Shown: positions 36,101 to 44,500 of the stretch, piece after piece | How the letters are laid out: each line of letters begins with the position of its first letter | Position numbering within the stretch: the stretch's first letter is position 1 | Origin: Schmidtea nova | Lineage: Eukaryota | Direction of reading: 5' to 3' | Length of the DNA: 64,000 bases | NCBI GenBank assembly: GCA_044892505.1 | Contig: CM097882.1 | Span: forward strand, 20,646,001 to 20,710,000 | Notes under the pieces: generated by a model | Told to the model about the DNA's origin: nothing | The model's input: only the letters and a program-made list of their open reading frames with translations | Databases searched by the model: none | Made by a program: the position numbers and the translations under genes

Positions 36101-37712
36101 CATGTGGACAATTACCAGTTTTGCTACAAAGACCAGGAGATTCTCGTATTTCATTGACTTTAGTTATTAAAGCTTTAGCAGTAGATAGGTAAGGAGCATT
36201 ATTCTCTAAAGTTGTTGGGTTTAATAAATAATGTTCATTATTGTTGTAGTCAATGACAAGCAGGATTTGTTGAGCTTGTGGTGGAGCAATAATTGAAAAA
36301 ACAACTTGTGCTTTAGTTAGACGATCAATATTTAAAAAATCATTCAAATATTGAGTGCAGTCATCTAATATTGCAGTGCAAATGGTATTGTTTAAAAATA
36401 TGAAACTTTCACACAGATTTAAATTATTAAAATAATTTGTTAAAATATTATTCGTAATTTTAAAATTTAAAAAGTTTAGATTTAATGCCACTTGACCAAG
36501 TATTTTGGAATGAATAGTGTCGAGCTTTTCAATTACTCTATCTCTATTGCAAATAGATCCTGAAATATATTGCTCCAAAAACATTATGAAAGTCGTGGCA
36601 TGTTCTATTGGATCATCAGAAAACATTGAAGTTCGAAAAAGAGTATGACGATGTTGTTGAAATTTTATTGAATTTTCTAAGATAAATTTATTTAAATAAT
36701 CTGTCATATTTTCTCCAATTCCCAGCAGTCTTTCAGTTATATTCGTAGAGCGAACGTCAAAAATATAACTGCAGCCAAGACTAATTGAACAAAGAAAGAG
36801 ACACCAATAGTTATCATTTGGAACAATACTGATAATAATGCGAATATCCTTAAATTGTTTAAAAGTAACATTGTCTCTTATATAAATATTATTTTGATTA
36901 ATCAAATTAATTGTTAGTTCAGGAGAAAACACAAGCACACTTGGATCATTTTGAAACCACTTATTTAAGAGTGTAGAAACACAAGCTTTCTCGTTGTTAA
37001 GTTTTATTGGTTTAACAATGTTGTTATTTTGGTGAATATTCTTTTTAAGCGCCATTGCTTTATTTAAATTAATTTTATTAAGAAAATGATTCTTTGGCAA
37101 TCCACCACCCGATAATTTGACATTGTGATTTGATTGACCTTTTTTAAAATCGTGGATCTGTTTTCTAATGTTCAAGATAAAATCATCAGGTAAACATTCC
37201 CATTCTCCACTAACAATCATTGCGTATGCACAAATAAAAGGTCCACAATCAAAATCATTATTTTGATATTTGAGATTTTTAATTGGATTGTCAGTTATTT
37301 GGTTGTGACGTTTGAATTTATTATTTAATACTGAGTTTATTTTTAGAGCATTAACTTTGCTGTCTAATCTATTCCTATAATTAAAGATTGGATCAATAAA
37401 ATAAGACGTCAAAGAAGTCTTGCAATAAACAAACAAGACCCAATGGCAATTATTAATATTGAGAGGACACAATATTACTTGGGATTCAAAAATTGTTTGA
37501 GGTATCGGAAAAATATCATCGGTCATATTTGAGCATAAAATACTTACAACAAAACATTTAATGAAAGCAAAACTAGGGTTGCTGATGTGACTTTCAAAGA
37601 AATAGTCAATGTCATCATCAGTGAACCAACATTTCAAATCATGAATGTCAAGAGTGCATTCTGCATCAGTCTCGTCAGACAATGCAGTACATGTAGAGGC
37701 TGATGCAGGCAC
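33150..37712 (-). CDS. A2 ORF2 polyprotein: Ulp1-like x3, RT, CCHC, RLE
   Basis: H90/D107/Q150/C156 Ulp1 residues; RT motifs; CRRCHKDEETLLHVLQNC; RHN, ERVDL, DVKCPFD, KY. Confidence 0.97.
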   Translation of the reverse strand: MPASASTCTALSDETDAECTLDIHDLKCWFTDDDIDYFFESHISNPSFAFIKCFVVSILCSNMTDDIFPIPQTIFESQVILCPLNINNCHWVLFVYCKTSLTSYFIDPIFNYRNRLDSKVNALKINSVLNNKFKRHNQITDNPIKNLKYQNNDFDCGPFICAYAMIVSGEWECLPDDFILNIRKQIHDFKKGQSNHNVKLSGGGLPKNHFLNKINLNKAMALKKNIHQNNNIVKPIKLNNEKACVSTLLNKWFQNDPSVLVFSPELTINLINQNNIYIRDNVTFKQFKDIRIIISIVPNDNYWCLFLCSISLGCSYIFDVRSTNITERLLGIGENMTDYLNKFILENSIKFQQHRHTLFRTSMFSDDPIEHATTFIMFLEQYISGSICNRDRVIEKLDTIHSKILGQVALNLNFLNFKITNNILTNYFNNLNLCESFIFLNNTICTAILDDCTQYLNDFLNIDRLTKAQVVFSIIAPPQAQQILLVIDYNNNEHYLLNPTTLENNAPYLSTAKALITKVNEIRESPGLCSKTGNCPHDVRGSGLVSRVLICAFIKNYALDLSLENINLHDIGNVVNSLLPPEKECMEIPLTPLQIEKQHVKLKINQRITLINEHLLNLQNSNVNEITEFIITTIAKSKEEVNLTKLRRPYLGNKTNKDKPSNTNLASSFNKNMKKTINKIFMSDDIKDRPTIKDHIDNFSHRDPILKNHDKVFKFAIKSLNTLNLNLISEKEVLYELKNADNTSPGLDGIQYKDIAILDPEGKLLTFLFNKIIRENTIPDVWKTFKTLMIPKHDKGDKYTLISSWRPIALLSVVYKLFSSILARRLTLWVNLNNVLHVGQKGGSIHDGCVEHNSILSSCLEHSKYSKNTPVAIAFLDIKDAFGSVPHDYMWAILRHIGMSEKFTKILKLLYTETSSFYTCGPIVTPNIAIKQGVKQGCPLSMVLFAIAINPVLQAVSLSSVNPFKLGESSIQVLAYADDIALIANNAKDLQMIINIAHDTASEIGFEYRPEKCAFIQLPSVNTTSEITVDNTIIKKLLNKEFYEYLGVPIGEDPDQSPYDILDKVVSDTKKLADSDLYGWQKLKAYKIFIHSRLIFPFRTREIKISALSANIGNSTTKLRKYLRKMMNLSDHSEISYFYNSIENGGASCIDLLDEYHTQTISHFFRLFTSICPLAKKINIDSLKFVTGPRLGINNPSLQESFSWINGANTIKQHSGKKTRFYRPRTAIQYFEKTHKITISFEVLENEPIIRLTTITNGTIILKCLNRKAISKILHLALYDSYFTKWKNSNISGSSAYSLSPDINKAIFRGKLREGSWKFIHRARTNTLANFAKPYRKPDERICRRCHKDEETLLHVLQNCKVHQILALSRHNDCLEQITQHLKDPKLIVVVDHACSLVRDSKERVDLIITNNDKKTILMVDVKCPFDTIANFDDVNKRNIEKYESLKLKIKSAKPNFTVDLYTCIIGSLGSVPPATNDVLEKMGVKISKIPDLLKACALSNISHSAKTWHFHATGFLPTT

Positions 37713-37721
37713 ATCCCATCA
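37661..37721 (-). promoter_or_regulatory. in-frame UGA + 10 nt + 13-bp stem-loop (candidate read-through signal); equivalents at 13816-13876, 21640-21700, 30260-30320, 46050-46110, 54819-54879
   Basis: CTGCATCAGCCTC pairs with GAGACTGATGCAG (12/13) around a 22-nt loop. Same geometry in B. Confidence 0.65.
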
Positions 37722-40139
37722 TTTGGTGATCGCCTTTGATAGTTTATGGTCTTTCCTAGTAGTCATTTTTCTAATGTCTGTATTTTTAGGTGGTAAACAA
37801 GATGTAGATTGCGCATCAATATCAGTTTCTAAGAGAGCCGATTTAATGATACCTGTATTATTTGAATCTACGACATTGGAGCTAACGCTAACATCTTTAC
37901 AAGTGTCTTTAGAAATTTCAATAACATCAACAGATTCACTACTAGTCAGAAGATTTTCAAGAGAGTCAACAAGATCAAAGATAACTGAAGTCATTTCAGC
38001 ATTACAAATTTTACGACATTTAATTGGAACCTGAAAATAATCTATGTTCTTATTCAAAAATCTTTTCTTGTCTCTTATTATAAAGTATATCAGTCGTTTA
38101 GCCTTGATTATGTTAATGTCATCACACTCAGAACGGAATTCATTTATGTGTGAAAAGACAGAGTCTATTGCATTCAGTTGGTCACTTTTTAGGGGAAACA
38201 AGTTATTAATTAATTTTAAAAATTTATTAATTCTTTTAATTGTATCTTGTGAAATTATATTTTTTAATTTATCAATCTCACAGGTCAGCATCCATTGTTT
38301 GAATTTTATAAGTTTTTCCTGACAACTAATTCTAAAGTATGAAGACGAAGGTATTTTATCAACAAATTCAGAGCCCCACACTTCAAAAGAGTCAATAGTC
38401 AAGGAATCGCATTTAACACAGTCTATAACTGAATGAATAAGTAAGGAATTTCGGAAATAATTGACAACATAATTATCATAATTTATATTTCTTGAATATT
38501 TAATATTACCTTTTAAGTTTAAATAATTAAGGTAGTAAATTAATTCCACAATCTTAATAGGAGAAGCGGGTAATGATAAAAGTTGATCTAAATGCTTATC
38601 AGTTCTACACATTTCATGCAAATCAAATAACCCAATATTAAACATTATATCAGAGGCATTGATAGAATCAGCTTCTTTCATCGCAGATTTACAATCAACA
38701 GTAAATTTACCATCTATAAATGAAATGTTCTTTGGAAAATCCCTATTTAATTTTAAACTATTAATTAAATTAATTAAATTATCAGGATTCTTTGAAATAT
38801 TTTCAATAAAAATCATTTCTTTTAGTTCAGGGTAATCCAGATAGAGTTTATTTATTTGTGATCTTGTAAGATTATTTGAAATTAATTCAAAACCAGCATT
38901 ATGACAATTATCAGAAGTGGAAAAGTCTTTCATTATAAAGTCACCGTCAACATACCTTATTTCTGATTTAACAAGAAAGTCTGGCAATTGTTTTTGCAAT
39001 TTTAACAAATCTAAGGCTTTATTAATAACGCTTCCCTTTTGAATTTCATTTTTAATAGAGACAGTTTCTGCCAATTTGCTTGAGAGAGCAAATAAAAATT
39101 TTTTTATTTCTAAAGGTGCAGGAATGAGGTTAGATGTAAAATTATCGGTAGCAATAATATCCGAAATAAATGTTTTTTTCTTATTAAGAATATTAGGGTT
39201 TTGAGGAAGTTGATTAGAGTTAGCCATTTTATTACTATTTAATTTAATCGAAGCACAAAAATTATTGTTTCGATAAAATATATGATCAAAATCCTCAACA
39301 AACTTAAAATTTGAATTATTTATTAAAGAAAGTTCATAATTTATACGATCATATTTATTTACGGATTTCTTTAATTTTAATAGTTCTTTTAAACGTGGAA
39401 AATTATTAATTAAATTGGTACGCTCATTTTTAGTTAAAATCCGGGGTAAAAAATCAAATTTAAATTCATCAATTTTAACATTTCTTTTCCCCTTATTTAG
39501 TGAAATTTTAACAAATTTTTTAATTAAAGTTTTACTAAAACTATCATCAGAAACTAGGTCTAAATTTTGACCGTCTGCTTCAGCGTAAGATTTATCAGAA
39601 GGTTTTGGTATATCATTTATATCATTAGAATTATTATTTAATTTTATATTACTATTTAATTTAGAAATATGATTATTTTTATTATTATTAAAATTATGAA
39701 AATTAGGAGCATTATCAAAATTATTAACGTTTAAAGAATTCAAGATTCCAACAATCAAATCAAGTTTACCCTGAAAATCAACAAAGTTCTTCTCCAGAGC
39801 CACCATTCGTTGGAAAAGTCCATCATCAGAAGTTGGAGGAAATGAAATTCCATCTGATTTTTCAGGCAAAACATCCATTTTAGATTGTGTCTTGGGTAAA
39901 TAATTTGCCTGAAAAGCATTGAAATTTCTCTCAGGAATCTCCACTCGTCGGCCAGGTTCATCTTTAAGCATAGAGATTTCTTCTGATCTTTTCTTTAAAA
40001 TATCCATAAGAGATTGAGAAGATTGAATTTGTCTTCTCAGAAAATCAACGATTAGCATATTTTCATTTAGATTTGACTGATTACACAATAAATCATCAGA
40101 GTGACTCTGATTGGCCGATTGCATAATACCAGTGTGCAT
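37719..40139 (-). CDS. A2 ORF1, 806-aa protein of unknown function
   Basis: Long open frame conserved in all copies; homolog in B; no zinc finger seen. Confidence 0.9.
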   Translation of the reverse strand: MHTGIMQSANQSHSDDLLCNQSNLNENMLIVDFLRRQIQSSQSLMDILKKRSEEISMLKDEPGRRVEIPERNFNAFQANYLPKTQSKMDVLPEKSDGISFPPTSDDGLFQRMVALEKNFVDFQGKLDLIVGILNSLNVNNFDNAPNFHNFNNNKNNHISKLNSNIKLNNNSNDINDIPKPSDKSYAEADGQNLDLVSDDSFSKTLIKKFVKISLNKGKRNVKIDEFKFDFLPRILTKNERTNLINNFPRLKELLKLKKSVNKYDRINYELSLINNSNFKFVEDFDHIFYRNNNFCASIKLNSNKMANSNQLPQNPNILNKKKTFISDIIATDNFTSNLIPAPLEIKKFLFALSSKLAETVSIKNEIQKGSVINKALDLLKLQKQLPDFLVKSEIRYVDGDFIMKDFSTSDNCHNAGFELISNNLTRSQINKLYLDYPELKEMIFIENISKNPDNLINLINSLKLNRDFPKNISFIDGKFTVDCKSAMKEADSINASDIMFNIGLFDLHEMCRTDKHLDQLLSLPASPIKIVELIYYLNYLNLKGNIKYSRNINYDNYVVNYFRNSLLIHSVIDCVKCDSLTIDSFEVWGSEFVDKIPSSSYFRISCQEKLIKFKQWMLTCEIDKLKNIISQDTIKRINKFLKLINNLFPLKSDQLNAIDSVFSHINEFRSECDDINIIKAKRLIYFIIRDKKRFLNKNIDYFQVPIKCRKICNAEMTSVIFDLVDSLENLLTSSESVDVIEISKDTCKDVSVSSNVVDSNNTGIIKSALLETDIDAQSTSCLPPKNTDIRKMTTRKDHKLSKAITK

Positions 40140-40491
40140 GATTGAGTAGGATTATTTTCTTTTTTCAACGATTATACCAAACACAACAAATTTACTAGAA
40201 AATATATTATCTTTTATTCTTCTGTTTATTTCATCAAAATTAAAAGATTAGTTTTTGTTGGTTTGAATAATTTTTTATGAGAATATCGTGAAATATTTGT
40301 TTTTTTCATAGACGTAAAAATTTGAATGATATTTAAAAATGCACAACTAGACGTGAAAGATAGAAATGATTGAGTTTGAAGGATTTGGAATTTCAAAATG
40401 ATTCATGTGTTTTATTGTGTAATATCTTATAAATTAAAAAATTTCATTGTTTGCTTTATTGATGATTCAAAACTGATTTTAAGAAAATATA

Positions 40492-40563
40492 TGCCCCCAG
40501 AGAGAATTGAACTCTCGACCCCTGGTTTACGAGACCAGTGCTCTACCTCTGAGCTATAGGGGC
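40492..40563 (-). tRNA. tRNA-Thr(CGT), type X
   Basis: Full cloverleaf. Confidence 0.96.
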
Positions 40564-40723
40564 TTAATATTTGAAACTTTGAAACTTACTTTTAAACAAT
40601 CAATCTTTGAAAACATTAATTGTTGACAAATTTCGAAAGGTTGTAAAGCTTGTCAAATAAAATTGAAATTAATTCAAGGTATTTTGACTTTATTCTAAAT
40701 CTTTTAAATCAAAAAAAATAAAA

Positions 40724-40795
40724 TGCCCCCAGAGAGATTTGAACTCTCGACCCCTGGTTTACAAGACCAGTGCTCTACCCCTGAGCTATAGGGGC
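40724..40795 (-). tRNA. tRNA-Thr(TGT), type Y
   Basis: Full cloverleaf. Confidence 0.96.
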
Positions 40796-40975
40796 TCGAA
40801 ATTATTCTTGATTTGTGAAATCTTCTCAATTCTTTTGGAGTTTCTAAATTCAAATTTTAAAATTTCTTAAATTTTCAGACACTAATTTTCGAAAAATTGT
40901 TGTCAAAGTTGTCTCAAAAAATTGCAAAATGTCGACAAGACGATTTTCAATTTGGTAATTGATTGTAAAAATTAT

Positions 40976-41018
40976 TGCCCCCAGAGAGATTTGAACTCTC
41001 GACCCCTGGTTTACAAGA
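40976..41018 (-). pseudogene. 3' half of tRNA-Thr(TGT), type Z, interrupted by A3
   Basis: Same junction as A1 and A2. Confidence 0.95.
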
Positions 41019-41538
41019 TTAAACATTTATTATGATAACAAATTTTAGATTTTACACAAATGAGACGGTTCAACTTGGAACCTGCCATTCAAATCAATAA
41101 TGTTTTAATGAGACAATTTTCAGTTTTTGTAATATCACATTGCGAAAATATCTGTCTCAAGAAATCAAATCTCTTTGAATCTTCTCTGGCATTCTCTGAT
41201 TTTCATCGGGATATCATTCCGGCTTTGCGATTTCAAGTTGAGAATAGTATCAAAATTGAAGTTCTCGCAGCTGCATTTTCTTAGCATTTAATAATCAATC
41301 AGCAGAAATATTGAATTCTCTGATTTACAGGACAGTTGAATACAATATGATCTCGATGCTAGATATTATTTCAAATGCTTTTTTTTCTAAATTAAAAATA
41401 GAGCAATTCTCTGAATAAAGATTAGGATAATAAACTTTAATGACTTTCAAGGTAGTCAAGAAATGACTAACGGAAAAATGAATTACACAAAACAGAAAAA
41501 TAATGATAATGCTCCCAATTTCGCAATAGAAATAATTT

Positions 41539-44500
41539 TTATGTGGTTGGAAGAAAACCAGTAGCATGAAAATGCCATGATTTGGCAGAGTGCGAGATGT
41601 TACTAAGCGCACATGCTTTCAATAGATCGGGTATTTTCGAAATCTTTACACCCATTCTTTCAAGAACATCATTAGTTGCTGGTGGAACAGATCCTAAAGA
41701 ACCAATTATACAAGTGTACAAGTCGACTGTAAAGTTTGGTTTAGCTGATTTGATTTTCAATTTTAGAGATTCATATTTTTCTATATTTCTTTTATTGACA
41801 TCATCAAAATTTGCTATTGTGTCAAAGGGACACTTTACGTCAACCATGAGAATTGTCTTTTTGTCATTGTTGGTAATAATTAAATCAACTCGTTCTTTAG
41901 AGTCGCGAACTAACGAACATGCATGGTCCACTACAACAATCAATTTAGGGTCTTTTAAATGTTGAGTAATCTGTTCGAGACAGTCGTTGTGACGCGAAAG
42001 TGCAAGAATTTGATGAACTTTACAATTTTGTAGGACATGTAACAAAGTTTCTTCATCTTTATGACAACGTCGACAAATCCTCTCATCAGGTTTTCTATAT
42101 GGTTTTGCGAAATTAGCTAGAGTGTTTGTTCTGGCACGATGGATGAATTTCCAAGAACCTTCACGCAATTTCCCTCTAAATATCGCTTTGTTTATGTCGG
42201 GAGATAAGCTATATGCTGATGAGCCACTTATGTTACTATTTTTCCATTTAGTAAAATAAGAGTCATAGAGAGCAAGGTGCAGAATCTTTGAGATGGCTTT
42301 TCGGTTTAAGCACTTCAATATAATTGTGCCATTTGTAATTGTTGTGAGACGAATGATGGGTTCGTTTTCCAACACTTCAAACGATATTGTTATTTTGTGT
42401 GTCTTTTCAAAATGTTGAATTGCTGTGCGTGGTCGGTAAAATCGGGTTTTCTTTCCCGAATGTTGTTTAATCATGTTGGCTCCATTAATCCAACTGAAGC
42501 TTTCTTGTAGCGATGGGTTGTTAATTCCAAGTCGAGGCCCAGTTACAAACTTTAGGGAATCTATATTTATCTTTTTTGCCAAAGGACAGATTGAAGTAAA
42601 AAGTCTAAAGAAATGACTGATGGTTTGTGTGTGATATTCGTCGAGTAGATCAATACAAGAAGCACCTCCATTTTCAATAGAGTTGTAAAAGTAGCTGATT
42701 TCAGAATGATCAGACAAATTCATCATTTTTCTTAAATACTTCCTAAGCTTTGTTGTACTATTACCGATATTAGCAGAAAGAGCCCTAATTTTAATTTCTC
42801 TTGTTCTAAATGGGAAAATTAGACGAGAGTGTATGAAAATCTTGTAAGCTTTCAGCTTTTGCCAGCCGTACAAGTCTGAGTCGGCAAGTTTCTTGGTATC
42901 ACTAACCACCTTATCAAGGATGTCATAAGGACTTTGGTCAGGGTCTTCACCAATTGGTACTCCAAGATATTCATAAAATTCTTTATTTAATAATTTCTTA
43001 ATGATTGTATTATCGACAGTTATCTCACTTGTTGTATTGACACTTGGAAGTTGAATATATGCACATTTTTCTGGTCGATACTCAAAGCCTATTTCAGATG
43101 CAGTGTCGTGTGCAATGTTTATTATCATTTGCAAGTCCTTAGCATTATTAGCAATAAGAGCAATATCGTCAGCATATGCAAGAACTTGAATTGAAGATTC
43201 ACCAAGTTTAAAAGGATTGACACTTGAAAGACTAACAGCTTGAAGAACAGGATTGATTGCTATTGCAAACAAGACCATTGAAAGAGGACATCCTTGTTTA
43301 ACTCCTTGTTTTATTGCAATGTTTGGTGTTACAATCGGACCACAGGTATAGAAGGAGCTTGTTTCAGTGTACAAAAGTTTCAAAATCTTAGTAAATTTCT
43401 CACTCATTCCAATATGACGCAAAATCGCCCACATGTAATCATGGGGTACACTACCAAAAGCGTCCTTAATGTCAAGAAATGCAATAGCAACAGGTGTATT
43501 TTTACTGTATTTCGAGTGTTCAAGACAAGATGAAAGTATGGAATTGTGTTCAACACATCCATCATGAATAGAACCTCCTTTTAGTCCAACATGAAGAACA
43601 TTATTTAGATTCACCCACAGTGTCAAACGTCTAGCTAATATTGATGAGAATAATTTGTAAACAACAGATAACAAAGCAATTGGACGCCAAGAAGAGATTA
43701 AAGTGTATTTATCACCCTTGTCGTGTTTAGGAATCATTAACGTTTTGAAGGATTTCCAAACGTCTGGAATTGTATTTTCCCTAATGATTTTATTAAATAA
43801 AAAGGTCAACAATTTACCCTCTGGATCAAGAATTGCAATGTCTTTATATTGAATTCCATCAAGCCCAGGAGAAGTATTATCAGCGTTTTTCAACTCATAG
43901 AGTACCTCTTTTTCACTGATAAAATTCAGATTTAGAATATTTAAAGATTTAATTGCAAATTTAAAAACTTTGTCATGATTCTTTAAAATAGGATCTCGAT
44001 GACTAAAATTATCTATGTGATCTTTAATTGTTGGTCTATCCTTTATGTCGTCACTCATAAATATTTTATTTATTGTCTTTTTCATATTTTTATTAAAAGA
44101 TGACGCCAAGTTAGTATTAGATGGTTTGTCTTTATTTGTTTTGTTTCCTAAATATGGCCTACGTAATTTAGTTAAATTGACTTCTTCTTTACTTTTGGCA
44201 ATAGTAGTAATAATAAATTCCGTTATTTCGTTAACATTTGAATTTTGTAGATTTAACAAATGCTCATTTATCAAAGTTATACGTTGATTTATTTTAAGTT
44301 TAACATGTTGCTTTTCAATTTGTAAAGGCGTTAATGGAATTTCCATACATTCTTTTACAGGTGGTAGGAGAGAATTTACAACATTACCAATGTCATGCAA
44401 ATTAATGTTTTCAAGAGACAAGTCTAGAGCGTAGTTCTTGATGAAAGCACAGGTGAGAACCCTGCTTACAAGACCAGAACCTCGAACATCATGTGGACAA

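Larger units (their letters stand above)
32670..40153 (-). mobile_element. RLE non-LTR retrotransposon, lineage A copy 2 (both ORFs intact)
   Basis: 806-aa ORF1 plus 1520-aa ORF2. Confidence 0.97.

Noticed and set aside
37719-37721. UGA reassigned as a sense codon in this organism
   Set aside because: Intact 1520-aa ORF2s rich in Cys and Trp contain no other in-frame UGA.
37674-37722. AUGA stop-start reinitiation for ORF2
   Set aside because: The AUG overlapping the stop is in the -1 frame and closes after 15 codons in A and 24 in B.
40140-40200. 5' HDV-like ribozyme or spliced-leader acceptor
   Set aside because: The leader is only 14 nt and the upstream spacer is A-rich; no nested pseudoknot or pyrimidine-rich AG acceptor is visible.
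40154-40563. Pol III read-through from the upstream tRNA as the element promoter
   Set aside because: Spacer L and the ORFs contain many T5-T6 runs on the sense strand that should terminate Pol III.
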